DNA of 64,000 nt from an uncultured Planctomycetota bacterium (GCA_963823665.1 CAWGMQ010000006.1:320001-384000); one strand, 5' to 3'; positions 11,501 through 22,024 are shown, counted from the first letter of the stretch. Program-made: numbers and translations. The notes: a model not told the origin generated them from the letters alone.

Positions 11501-12008
11501 ACGTGTCGTTCACCACGTTAAGATTCGTTGCTGCCGTCGTGCCGAAATCGACGACAGTGGCGCCTGTAAAACCTGTGCCGGTGATCGTCACGGGAGTGCC
11601 GCCGGCCTCCGTACCGCTGGTGGGGCTCAGGCTGGTGACTGCGGGCGCAGTGACCGCGGTATAGGTGTACTGGTCGGAGGGGTTGGTGGGCGAGGTACCG
11701 GAAGGAGCTGTCACGGTGACGTCGACAGTGCCGATGCCGGCCGAGCTGTCCACGGTAAGCGATGTATCACTGAGCACATCGAGATGTGTTCCCGCCGTCG
11801 TGCCGAAATCGACGACGGTGGCGCCGGTGAAGCCGGTGCCGGAAACCGTCACCGCAGTGCCGCCAGCCTCGGTCCCGCTGGTGGGACTCAGGCCGGTCAC
11901 CACCGGTGTGAGCAGACTTCTGGACTCCATCCTTTCGATCAGAGGCTGACGTGATTTCGAGCGCCTCAGTGTGCCGTTTCGTTGGGGACGCGCGGGGCTC
12001 GTGAGCAT
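8574..12008 (-). CDS. Exported surface protein with 10 IPT/TIG repeats, a planctomycete-type C-terminal beta domain and a Lys/Ala-rich tail
   Basis: GGAGG RBS before ATG 12008, LIERMESRSLLT export motif, 10 copies of PxVTxLSPTSG..GGTxVTITGTGFTGATxVDFG..., then RFGFHMQQTTLVLTFS. Confidence 0.92.
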   Translation of the reverse strand: MLTSPARPQRNGTLRRSKSRQPLIERMESRSLLTPVVTGLSPTSGTEAGGTAVTVSGTGFTGATVVDFGTTAGTHLDVLSDTSLTVDSSAGIGTVDVTVTAPSGTSPTNPSDQYTYTAVTAPAVTSLSPTSGTEAGGTPVTITGTGFTGATVVDFGTTAATNLNVVNDTSIIVDSPAGTGTENVTVTTPAGTSPTSASDQFTYTAVTAPAVSSLSPTSGTAAGGTPVTITGTGFTGATVVDFGTTAATNLVVANDTSITVDSPAGTGTVDVTVTTPAGTSPTSSADLFTYTAVTAPAVSGLSPTSGPAAGGTAVTITGTGFTGATVVDFGTTAATGLVVVNDTEITANSPAGTGTVDVTVTTPAGTSATSPADQFTYTAAAPAVTSLSPTSGTAAGGTPVTITGTGFTGATTVDFGTTAGTDLDVVSDTSIIVDSPAGTGTVNVTVTTPAGTSPTTSADQYTYTAVTAPAVTSLSPTSGPAAGGTPVTITGTGFTGATVVDFGTTAATALVVVNDTKITADSPAGTGTVDVTVTTPAGTSATSPADQFTFTAHAAPAVTGLSPTSGTTAGGTPVTISGTGFTGATAVDFGTTAATGVVVVSDTTITANSPAGTGTVDVTVTTPAGTSPTSSADLFTYTAATAPTVTGLTPTSGTTAGGTPVTIIGTGFTGATAVDFGTTAATGVVVVNDTMITASSPAGTGTVDVTVTTPLGTSATSPADQFTYTAATAPTVTGLSPTSGPATGGTSVTITGTGFTGATVVDFGTTAATNLVVVNDTSITATSPAGTGTVDVTVTTPLGTSATSAADQFTFNAVTAPTVTALSPTSGPPSGGTVVTITGTGFTGATAVDFGTTAAQSFTVVSDTSITATSPAGTGVASVTVITPSGTSPTSTADQFTYAAAAPTVVSLMRFGFHMQQTTLVLTFSTALDATPAENLNNYQLVDSTGASIPITSAVYDPTSLTVTLTPSQLLNLQMVYQLTVIGTTPGGLTSATGVALDGAGNGTPGTNYVNMFSGEILAGAATELQTTSPKLFAAEQRELARKEKLFHAETKKAGVELKKLAAAEKKMAARQKRIAAETAKSAAKTRAVKVRSSSAVKTSTAAASSQVVTALSPSAIDALSVSGDLTPLPAPSPVRVGSNHPRG
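9310..11905 (-). repeat. Ten tandem ~258-261 bp coding repeats (IPT/TIG)
   Basis: GTCACGGTGACGTC-like blocks and GGGCTCAG recur with ~261-bp periodicity. Confidence 0.93.
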
Positions 12009-12623
12009 TGCGATTGCCTCCAAAGCTGGCTGTTCGAGCACTGTGGAATCGGAGCTCGGGATCGCTCGAAGCCCGCATCGCCGGACGTGACTGACGAGTG
12101 ACGACTCGGACCGATGCGCTTCAAAATAACCCCGAACGCGGTGAAGACTTAAGAACGCAACCCTACTAGCACTTTACGTGCCTGTTATAGGGCCGGACGC
12201 CCCGGATCAAGTTATCGTAGAGTAACGAAAACGTTCAATCCGGAACGTAACGCGAGCCCGTCAACTTAGCCAGTGCGAACGCGAATGTAAATAGTCTAGT
12301 CAAACTGGAGTGTTTGCAGTGTTTGACATGGGTTTAACGACTTCGGTGGTCGCCCGGGTGGGGATCGTTGAAGTTTCGTAGGATGGGTGCAATCCACGAG
12401 ACGCAAAGCATTACGAAGAGGCGGGTTGCATCTACGTTGTGAGCGCGTCGATTGTGGTGCGGCCCCGGCCGGCGCTGGGGGCTCGAGTCGATTCACGCGG
12501 CAGGCGAAGTGGAGCGGGGTCTGACCGTCGCCGGCCCGGGTGTGCACGCTTTGAGGATGACACTCGCTGAGCTGCTTCGTCGAGACTTAACTGCGGGCCC
12601 AGCCGGTTTCCAACACGACGTTC

Positions 12624-12692
12624 ATGGGAGACGCGCCGGACTCAGAATCCTGGCCTCGCAAGAGCGTGTGGGTTCAAGTTCCACCTTCGGTA
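12624..12692 (+). pseudogene. 5'-truncated, degenerate tRNA-Leu(CAG) remnant (att-like scar)
   Basis: ATGGGAGACGCG-CCGGA-CTCAGAA-TCCTG, long variable arm CCTCGCAAGAG, T-arm GTGGGTTCAAGTTCCAC, acceptor 3' CTTCGGTA. The 5' acceptor strand is absent. Confidence 0.8.
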
Positions 12693-12981
12693 CTCATTGC
12701 AACGCGCGACGTGCAGAATGGGACGGACACTGCGCGGCGACGGGTGAAACTTCCCCCGCAACAGGCCCCCGCCCCGATCACATTGGAGTTATCATCTCGC
12801 ACTGTGCGTTAATCGCTGCGCACAGCAGGAAACCAGACGCCGCTTTCGATAATCGTAGCGAGCGCCGCCTGCGCGGACGAATTACCAGAAACCGCTACCA
12901 AGCTCTGGAAACAGGAACGGCCAGCGGGCGTTCGCCCCCTGGCCGTTCCACTTGAACATGGGTCGCCGACACCGCGCTCCC

Positions 12982-15074
12982 TCAATCGACGTACCAGACA
13001 TGGAATCGGATGTGCACGATGCCCGGCACGCGCAAGGCATTCACGTCAATCTTGACCCGGTTCGGAGGTAGGATCGTCAGATTGAACAGGCCGAGCCTTC
13101 TGCCGACCTCGTAGGGATTGTTAACGGCCTCCCACTGGACCGCCCGCACTTCTTTCCCGAACTGCTGCGGGAAAACGTGGGAAGTCGTTGTCGGCCCGAT
13201 GCGGATTGCATACGGATAATCGGCTTCAATTCCGAATGTCGCATCGAAGCTGGTGACCTTCAGCGCGTTGTCCTTGAGCGCCTTGATGTCGCCAACAAAA
13301 CCGGAGAGCTTCCCCTCGAAGGCAACGAGTTTCTTCTCGCCCTTCTCGAGACGACCATTCGCGGCAGCGAGGTCGTTCGTGTGTGCATCACTGACCTTGC
13401 GGAGTTGGGCGATCTTACGAGCCTGCCGTTCAACGGTTTCGGTCAGCGCGTTATTCTTGGTTTGCAGCTCCTGGAGATGTTTGGTGATCGCGAGGAAGTC
13501 CTCGTGCGGACGGGTGCGCAGCGGCAGCTCAGAAACGGAGACGTGGTCTTCGACGTCGCCGATCTCCACCCAAGAAACGACGGCCCTGGTCAGGGCACCG
13601 ATTCCACGCTCGTCGATGCGGTAGACTTGCAGGGTCTTGGCCAGGCCGTTTCCTGTCTCGAAGACGCCCTTACGCTGGTAGTGCAGTTTGGCCGCGGCCT
13701 CCGTCAGGCGATCGGAATCGTTGAGGAAATATTCACGGCTCTCGCTGAATCTCTTCCATTCTACGTCCGAGAGCTGGTCCGTCTCCTTGTTAAGTGAAAG
13801 GGAGAGGCTACCGCCGAAGATCCCGAAACTGGCGCTCGTCTTCCCTCGACCATTAAACTTTTCGCGAAGCTCGTGGTGTGCCTTACGGTCATCTTTGTGC
13901 TCGCGGAACACGTCCTGGATCGCGCGCAATGCTTCCTTCGCCTTGTGGAAATTCTCCTCGTCCTTCACTTCCTCGAAAAGCTGGTCGCGCGTCAGGATCG
14001 GCAAGGCCTCAACCTTTCCGTTCGCGACCGTAAAGACCTTGTCGCCCGCGGACCTGTCGAGCAGGTCGATCAGGTCATGCGCCGGGAGCTGGAGCTGTCC
14101 GAAAGAACCCAATGCCTGCTGATTCATCTTCTCCCGGATAGCCTCCAACTTCATTGGGTCGAGGTCGTTGCTCTCGAAGTAATGGACCATAGCCTGGGCA
14201 AGCCGGGTCATGATGTCACCGAGTACGGCTCGATCAACCCAGAGTTCGGAAGGAGCGTGCCCGGGGTCCGAGGGCTGGACGATTTCCTTGACAACCTCCC
14301 AGGCGCGACCTGTCATGGCCGTGACCGCGTGATAGAATGTGACCCGCTCGAACTCGTAGATGCAACGGACCTGGAGCATGGCATATTCGGGCTCACGCTC
14401 GAGCAGCCGACGCAGGCCGACCATCGTTTCAGGGACCTGGAAGACGATGCTCTTGTGATTTGTCGGAGCGATCGTGCCGTTCGGACCTCCGGTTTCCCCC
14501 GACGTGAGCTCCTGGTCCGGCCCGGCACCGCGAAGGATAATCTCGTAGGATCTCATGGCCATCGGCTCGAGATGAACGAAGTCGGCGCCCAGCTCTTTTT
14601 TGAGTTCCTCCTGTTTGGCCTTGAGGATCGTCACCGGCAAGGTGAAGTCCAGGACCGAGCGGAATTCGCGGGACTCCGGATTGTAGCTATGGGAAACGAC
14701 GCGAATCGGCAGCTCGTACTCGTAAAACTTACGAGGCGCTGATCCCTCGTCGTCGAGGAGCGGGCCGTAAATCGGCACGGGGCGCCCATCGAAGAACATC
14801 GTTTCGGTGTGCCTGACTGAGGGCTTGCCCGCGCGCCCTTCGCGGCACCAGGCCGCGGCTTCGCGACGCCAGGATAGGACGCCCTTCCAGGCTCGACCGC
14901 CGCAGCATTTGGAGTCGGTGTGGCGGCCTCTGCCTTCGGCAACGTCTCCGCCGCCGAAGCGTGCCAAGCCAAAAGACGCAGGCCAGCCACTCCCGTCACG
15001 GCCAACCCGATCGCCGCGAGCGCGATCGCCAGCGGCAACCGCCGGGATTTCAACATTCTACAATTCCTCACCAT
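12982..15074 (-). CDS. Secreted or membrane-anchored hypothetical protein (~697 aa) with a glycine-rich beta-hairpin-like segment, coiled coil and C-terminal beta domain; 1 frameshift
   Basis: ATG 15074 has a GAGGT RBS and a hydrophobic signal segment (ORF 14631-15074). It joins ORF 12982-14967 through a shift at ~14830-14960. Contains GKTSASFGIFGGSLSLSL and heptad-rich LQELQTKNNALTETVE. Confidence 0.7.
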
Positions 15075-15145
15075 GGGTGTGACCTCTTTGGGTAAGCTAT
15101 CGAACCGTGGGCATGCCTCGAGAGCCGAGGCATGCCCACATCGAT

Positions 15146-15526
15146 TCAGTTAATGGTGACCTTCACAGCGGTCCCAAGCGGGATGCCGCGGAACCGCACT
15201 TTGACGGTCCCAACGCAATCGCACGTACGGATGACGGTGTAGCGGACCAACCGGTCTTGATGCTGCCGGCCATCTGCGCCGAAGTACAAGACTTCGCCGT
15301 CGATGGAAGAACCTCCGATTGGTGTCGCGGTGATTGTGTAAGTCACCGCACCGGCGTGGGCCCCGACCTGGTACCAGCGTCCGAAGACATTCGGACCAGC
15401 CTGGACGATGTGGTCCTCGGCGTGGGCGGTCGAGACAGGACCGGCCATGCCCGCCAGCAACGTCAGGCACGCCACCAAGGCGGTAATCGAGTGTTTCGGC
15501 GATCGAAACAAGTTCAGCTTCAGCAT
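15146..15526 (-). CDS. Small secreted all-beta protein, possibly related to the colicin Z C-terminal domain
   Basis: RBS AGGGGGT, signal peptide ending AHA, mature ~90 aa with GPNVFGRW..H.GAVTYTI and VKVRFRGIPLGTAV. The family assignment is from memory only. Confidence 0.7.
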   Translation of the reverse strand: MLKLNLFRSPKHSITALVACLTLLAGMAGPVSTAHAEDHIVQAGPNVFGRWYQVGAHAGAVTYTITATPIGGSSIDGEVLYFGADGRQHQDRLVRYTVIRTCDCVGTVKVRFRGIPLGTAVKVTIN

Positions 15527-15599
15527 TCGAGACACCCCCTAAAGAAATTGTCAGCGACCGGGCAGGAACCAGCGTGCGCGTCGGTCGACGTGCGCGCCC

Positions 15600-15791
15600 T
15601 CAGAACTGGTGCCCCAAGCCGCCTTGCGGGCAATGGTGCAGCCCTAAATGTCCAGGATTATCACTGCATTGGAATTGGTGTATCGGGCATCGCGCGACGC
15701 ACCTGCCAATCAGCCAGGCCGCGTGCGCGGTCACACCGAGTGAAAGGCCGAGGAGTGCGAGGATCAGCGTCCGCTTCCACACATACTGCAT
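15600..15791 (-). CDS. Small secreted Cys/His-rich peptide (63 aa)
   Basis: Strong RBS AAGGAGGT, signal peptide ending AHA, mature part with 4 Cys and 5 His (CVARC..FQC..GHLGLHHC..GH). Confidence 0.75.
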   Translation of the reverse strand: MQYVWKRTLILALLGLSLGVTAHAAWLIGRCVARCPIHQFQCSDNPGHLGLHHCPQGGLGHQF

Positions 15792-16165
15792 CGAACACCT
15801 CCTTCAAGACGAGTTGTTAAAGAGGCGAGGCTCTGCGACCCCGACCACGATGGCCTAGGTCGAGGGCGCGGGCATCCAGTTGCCCGGCGTAGTGAAGACC
15901 CGCTGCCTTCACCTTCCACCTGACCCCCTTCATTTCGATAATCGTTCGGAGGGGACAGACCACGGATCCGACGCCCTCAAAAGGGCAGCGCGCGTCGCGG
16001 ACGTCGCCCGATGATGCCGCCACTCGCGGGGAGGGAGTACACCTCCCTAACGGCGCGGGGGGTCGTTACGATGGAAGGGCGCTAATGTGCACTACAAGTC
16101 TTGGCTACCGGCCGTGACGGCGTTAGGCTGCGCTGCGGCTTTGGGAGTCACGTGGAGATCAGGGG

Positions 16166-16813
16166 ATGAGCGGCGAGCGGACGGTAGACTCCCACGGACC
16201 AAGCGACCGGACGACGGCCCTGATGGGGCTGATCCAGCGGATCAAGCAGGGCGATCAGCAGGCGGTGAACGAGCTGATCGCGCTGGCTTACAATCGCATC
16301 CGCAAGGTTTCGGCCAAGATCCTGCACTCATCGAGCTTCGATGCCGTCACGCCGAAGCTCTACCAGACCGAGGACGTGGCCCAAGAGGCCTCGGTCCGCC
16401 TGATTGCAAGGCTTCGCAAGGTCCCCGTGGAGGACGTCGATCACCTGTTCGGATTGACTGGCATGATCGTCCGGCGCTACCTGCTCGACCTGGTGAGACG
16501 GGGCTCGATTGCCAACCTTAACTCCCAGGACCAAGCGGGTCTGGTTGCCCCTGATGGAGGGGGGACGTCGTCGTTCGAGGGGGCCCAGAAGATGGTTGCC
16601 GTGCTGGAAGGCATCGAGGCGCTCCCGGAGAAGCTGCGTCAAGTCGCCGACCGGATCCTCACCCTTGGCCTGTCTCAGGACGAGATCGCCGAGCAGATGG
16701 GCGTGAAGAGGGAGACGATCAAGAGGCAATGGCAGAGGGCCCGTATCCGTCTGGCGCAAGCCCTCCGGCCGAACTCGACCGGGCCCGAAGCCGGCCCGAC
16801 AGGTACTCCTTGA
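16166..16813 (+). CDS. ECF-type sigma-70 factor (planctomycete kinase-associated type)
   Basis: GDQQAVNELI, QTEDVAQEA (sigma2), LPEKLRQV..GLSQDEIAEQMGV..TIKRQWQRARIRL (sigma4). Its stop abuts the kinase ATG. Confidence 0.9.
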   Translation: MSGERTVDSHGPSDRTTALMGLIQRIKQGDQQAVNELIALAYNRIRKVSAKILHSSSFDAVTPKLYQTEDVAQEASVRLIARLRKVPVEDVDHLFGLTGMIVRRYLLDLVRRGSIANLNSQDQAGLVAPDGGGTSSFEGAQKMVAVLEGIEALPEKLRQVADRILTLGLSQDEIAEQMGVKRETIKRQWQRARIRLAQALRPNSTGPEAGPTGTP

Positions 16814-19800
16814 ATGATCGACCACGCGCGGTTGGAAGACCTGCTCGAACGGTGTCTAGAACTCCTCGACGACGGGATCGAACCGACTCGGCATGTGGTC
16901 GACGTAGCGCTCACCCCGGAGGAGTGGGATGAGCTCGCGCCGCGGCTCGCCGCCCTTAGACATGTGAACGACGGAGCGGCGGCACTGAACCCGTTCCACG
17001 CGGGCAACGCGGACAGGCGGCCCGCCCGTCCGGCGGCCCCGGCCTGGCATCAGGGGGACGAGCCGATTAGGGGCTATACCGTCCAGGAAGATGCGCCCAG
17101 GTCCCGTGGTGGCTCGGGGGAAGTTTGGTTGGCGAAGACCTCGGGGGGAGTTCGGGCCGCCCTGAAGCGCGTCCGTCTCGATCCGAACCGCCCCCTGGGA
17201 CAGCGCGAACTCGAGTCGCTCGAGCACGTCGAGACTTTGCGCCACGCCCACCTGCTGCCGATCCTGGCTTGGAAACACGATGGGGACGACGACGGCCGCG
17301 GTGGGGAGCTGGTCATTGCCATGGAGTGGGCCGACGAAGACCTGGAATCATATCGTTTGCGGCATGGCAGGGTTCCGGTCGATGAGCTCCTCAGGTTCAT
17401 GCAGGAAATCGCCGAGGGGCTCGATTATCTGAGGGCGAGCATGTCGGGCTGCGACAAGCGTGGTGTTGGCATCCACGGCGACGTCAAGCCGAGGAACCTG
17501 ATGATGGTCAACAATTCCATCAAGGTGGGGGACTTCGGTCTGGCCAGGGTCGTCACTCGCGGCTCAGCCGAGAGCGGCCCTTCGGCCATGACGCGGCGTT
17601 ACGCGGCCCCGGAGTGGTACCTGGGCCAGGAGTCGCCGCTCGCCGACCAGTACAGCCTGGGTCTCTCTTACTACGAGCTGAGGACAGGCCGTCACCCGTT
17701 CGATGAGTATAATGAGCAGATCCGCGCGGGGCTGATCTGCAGGAGATCCTTCAGGGCGCACGTCCAGACCAATTGCCCTCGCCGAAGGCAGAGGGTCTTT
17801 CCTTGTTGCGGGAGCCCGAGCGCATGGCGCTGGCCCGCGCCCTGGCCACAGGACCGGAAGAGCGTTACGCGACCTGCTGCGATTTTGTCCACGCGCTGCA
17901 AGACGCATGCAAGTCACCTTACGTTGCCCATACCCACACGCAACTGCCCTGCAACCTGCCGCTGGCCTCCATCGGCATGCTCTTCAAAGGGCGGGAGGCA
18001 TTCCTCGGCGAACTGCGAACCAGGTTCGGCACACCTGACGGCCGGGCGACGGCGATCGTGAACCGGCTGGCCGTGCACGGCCTCGGGGGCGTGGGCAAGA
18101 CGCGAACCGCGATCGAGTATGCCTGGCAACATGCCGATGAGTATACGGCCCTGCTGTTCGTTTCCGCTCCCTCCGCCGCCGAGCTCCGCGCCAACCTGGC
18201 CAACCTGGTCGAGGTGCTGGGGACGACTGCCGAAGGGACGTCAGTCGACCACCAACTCGCGGATGTCCTCAACTGGCTCGGCACCCATCCTGGCTGGCTG
18301 CTGATCATAGACAGCGTCGACACCGACGCGGCAGCGAGCGAGACCGAACGGCTGCTGGCGCAGCTCCGTGCTGGGCACGTGCTGATCACCTCGCGGATCG
18401 CCAACTGGAGTGCGGCGGTCGAGCCCTTGGAGCTAGACCTCCTGGCCCCGACCGAGGCGGTGGCCTTCCTGCTGGAGCGGACGCCACACCGCCTCCAGGC
18501 AGCCGACGATGCGGCTCGGGCCGGTGCCATCGCCCGCGAGTTGGACGGGTTGGTCTTGGCGTTGGAGCAGGCTGGGGCTTACATCGACACGCTACGGCTC
18601 TCATTCGCGGAGTATCTCCAGCGCTGGGAGGCCAAGCGGCACGAGGCGCTCAAGTGGCACGACCCGCGGCTGATGCAGTGTCCGGCCAGCGTGGCGGCGA
18701 CCTGGGAGACAACCTTCGCCCAGTTGGCCGAACCGGAGCAACGGCTGCTGGAAGTGCTGGCCTGGCTGGCACCGGAGCCGATCCCGCTCTTTCTCTTCGA
18801 GGCCGCGCCGCTCTTGGCGGCGATCCCCGACCCGCGCCAATCGCTCGCGGGCCTCGCGGGCTACTCCCTGGCACGATTCGATGCGGCGGGCGACGCGGTC
18901 CTGGTCCATCGGCTGGTGCAGGAGATCGGGCGGCGGCGACAGGCCCCAGCCGATCCCAAGGCGGGACTGAGGCTCGCCCTGAACTCAGTGGATGCGGTCG
19001 CGGTAGACAACCCGGAAGACATTCGGACCTGGCCCATCTGGAACCCGCTGGCACCACACGCGGCAGCAGTCACTCGACATGCGGATGCTGTGGGCCTCGT
19101 CGATCCGACCGTGCGGCTCATGATTCTACTGGGCACGTACCTGACTTTTCGCGGGCAGTTCTCCCGAGCAGAGCCACTGTCTCGCCGCGCCCTCGCCATC
19201 GCCGAGGACCGTTACGGCTCCGACCATCACAACGTCGCCGCCGCCCTCAACAACCTGGCGATTTTGCTCCGGGAGACCAACCGGCTGGGCGAGGCCGAGC
19301 CGCTCTGCCGCCGCGCCCTGGCGATTCGGGAGCGAAGTCTCGGCCCCGACCATCCAGCCGTCGCCACCGCTCTCAACAACTTGGCGATTTTGCTCAAGGA
19401 CACCAACCGGCTGGGCGAGGCCGAGCCGCACTTCCGCCGTGCCCTGGCGATTGGGGAGCAAAGCCTTGGCCCCGCCCATCCCGAGGTCGCCCACGCTCTC
19501 AATAGCCTGGCGATTTTGCTCCGGGACACCAACCGGCTGGGCGAGGCCGAGCCGCTCTTCCGCCGCGCCCTGGCGATCGCCGAGCACAGCTATGGCCCCA
19601 ACCATCCTACCGTCGCCATGCAACTCAACAACCTGGCGAATTTGCTTCGGGAAGCGAACCGGCCAGGCGAGGTCGAGCCGCTCCACCGCCGCGCCCTGAC
19701 CATTCTCGAGCACAGCTACGGCCCCGACCATCCAATGGTCGCCAGAGCTCTCAAAAGCCTGGTGAATTTGCTTCGGGAGACCAACCGGCCGGGCGAGGCG

Positions 19801-21126
19801 GAGCCGCTCTGCCGCCGCGCCCTGGCGATCGCCGAGCACAGCTACGGTCCCAACCATCCCGAGGTCGCCAGCGCTCTCAACGACTTGGCGACTTTGCTCC
19901 TGGAGACCAACCGGCCGGGCGAGGCGGAGCCGCTCTACCGACGTGCCATGACCATCGCCCTGGACGAGCCATGGCCCCGCTCATCCCAAGTTCGCCACCG
20001 CTGTCTACAACCTGGGGGCTTTCCTTCAACACACCAACCGGCTGGATGACGTGGAGCTGCTCTACCTCAACGCGCTCGATATCTGGGAGCGAAGTCTCGG
20101 CCCCGACCATCCCAAGGTCGCCACCGCCCTCAACAGCCTTGCGAATTTGCTCGGGGACACCAACCGGCTGAGCGAGGCGGAGCCGCTCTACCGCCGGGCC
20201 CTGGCGATTGCCGAGCACAGCTACGGACCCGACCATTCCGAGGTCGCGATAAAACTCCACAACCTGGCGCTGATGCTCAGGAAGACCAACCGGCTGAGCG
20301 AGGCCGAGCTGCTCTGCCGTCGTGCCCTGGCGATTCGGGAGCAAAGCCTTGGCCCGGACCATCCCGAGGTCGCCGCCTCCCTCAACAGCCTTGCGAATTT
20401 GCTCGGGGACACCAATCGGCCGAGCGAGGCGGAGCCGCTGTACCGCCGCGCCGTGGCGATTGCCGAGCACAGCTACGGCCCCGACCATCCCGAGGTTGCT
20501 TTCCCACTGAACAACCTGGCGCTGCTGCTCCGGCAGACCAACCGGCTGAGCGAGGCCGAGCTGCTCTGCCGCCGTGCCTTGGCGATTCGGGAGCAAAGCC
20601 TTGGCCCGGACCATCCCAAGGTCGCCGCCGCTCTCAGCAACCTGGCGGGGTTGCTGATGGCCACGAACCGGCCGGCCGAGGCCGAGCCACTGTACCGTCG
20701 GTCGCTGGCGATCGACGAGCGGTCCTATGGTCCCGAACACGAGAAAGTCTTCCACGACCTCAACAACCTAGCGGGACTGCTGCGGGAAACCAAGCGGTTG
20801 GCTGAGGCTGAGCCTCTGTATCGGCGGGCATTGGCAATCTGGCGGAGAACCGCCTCGGTCCCGACCAGCCAACCGTGGCCACCTCCCTCAACAACCTAGC
20901 GGGATTGCTGCGGGACACCAACCGGCAGGGCGAGGCCGAGCCGTTGTATCGGCGCCAGATGGAAATCTTCCGCATGTTCACCGAGGCGATCGGCCACGGG
21001 CATCCCCACCACCACGCCTCCATTGGAAACGACATCAGCCTGCTCGATGCCATGGGCCGGACACCCGACTAGATCGAGCAAGGGGTCCACGAGTTGATCG
21101 GCCCAGCGGATTCTGAGGGCTCCTGA
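16814..21126 (+). CDS. Ser/Thr kinase - NB-ARC (STAND) NTPase - TPR fusion (NLR-like); 3 frameshifts and a late in-frame TAG
   Basis: Kinase motifs GGSGEVW, AALK, HGDVKPRN, DFG, YAAPE. NB-ARC motifs GLGGVGKT, WLLIIDSVD, VLITSR, GLVLALEQAGAYI, VHRLVQ. About 15 42-aa TPRs follow. Shifts at ~17730 (G run), ~19960 (C run) and ~20840; TAG at 21070 with the frame open to TGA 21126. Confidence 0.82.
19110..21000 (+). repeat. ~15 tandem 126-bp coding repeats (42-aa TPR)
   Basis: ACCAACCGG...GAGGCCGAGCCGCTC recurs every 126 bp. Confidence 0.9.
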
Positions 21127-21558
21127 CGCCGGAAATCATCGAGCGACGGATGAGAGCGGGCAAGGGCTGCGGCCCCGCGATGGGTCGCTGTCGCGCCGGC
21201 CGGTCCCGACCTTCAGGCCGGACCTCGGGCCTCTGGCAGGGTAGTCAGTCTGCCTTCGGCACCTCGACCTCAATCGTCTCAGCACAATCGCCACGCACCA
21301 GGTTCGCCTCGGGCTTCGCCGAGGCGTTCTGTCGGGGTTACGGGGCAGGTGAACCTGGTTTATCGCCCGGGTCTGCGCTCGCGGTCGATCTCCTCCTCGA
21401 CAGACGGAGCTTGCCCCCTTCCCGTCGTGGTCACTCACGATTCTCGGGCTGGGTCAAGATGACTTCGCCGCATCGTCGGTTTGACGGGATGGAGAGTCCA
21501 CCATCGAGCGAGCCGCTCGGGTTCCGGTCGGACATATCCGCCTGTACGGGCCTTCATT

Positions 21559-21726
21559 TTGGTAACAAATTGGTAACGGCATTGGCAACATCAGCCCAAC
21601 ATGGCTACAAGATTGCCGGGTCGAGGCTGTATTGTCGCCGCCTCGAAATCAAGCAATTCAAGTCTCACCGCAACTTGTTGCCGATATCACGGCGATGGCA
21701 GAGGTTCCGGACTCAAAATCCGGTCC
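21559..21726 (+). repeat. att-like unit 1: three TTGG(T/C)AAC direct repeats plus a tRNA-Leu(CAA) D/anticodon-arm fragment
   Basis: TTGGTAAC at 21559 and 21570, TTGGCAAC at 21582; ATGGCAGAGGTTCCGGACTCAAAATCCGGTCC at 21695-21726. Confidence 0.75.
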
Positions 21727-21977
21727 ATCGTCGCCGGGCAGTTCGATCCGATTCCATGCGGCCCGTCCCGATACCTCGTCTACCACGATCAGCGTGAAGC
21801 CATCGCAGCTCTTCGAGATATTGGTAGGGGCGGCCGAGTTGCAGTTCCGCGGCACCAAAACGGTGGCAAACCACAGAAAAACAATACCGAAAAACTTTCG
21901 AAATCCTGGAAAACGGCAGCCCTTGGTATATCGCATTTAACTGGTTACCGAGAAAGGCGTTGTGTCAGACTGAACCT

Positions 21978-22024
21978 CCTGGTTTGCAACCAGGAGGTTG
22001 GCGGCTCGATCCCGCTGGTCTCCA
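21978..22024 (+). pseudogene. 3' half of tRNA-Ala(UGC) (att-like scar)
   Basis: Anticodon arm CCTGG-TTTGCAA-CCAGG, T-arm GCGGCTCGATCCCGC, 3' end TGGTCTCCA. No D-arm or 5' acceptor strand. Confidence 0.82.

Noticed and set aside
9319..11949. Series of plus-strand Val/Pro-rich ORFs
   Set aside because: They are antisense shadows of the IPT/TIG gene. The same applies to most other overlapping ORFs in the track.
12982..15074. Gasdermin as the substrate of the nearby CHAT protease
   Set aside because: The protein has a signal segment, is much larger than bacterial gasdermins, has no recognisable gasdermin motifs and lies in a different att-bounded block.
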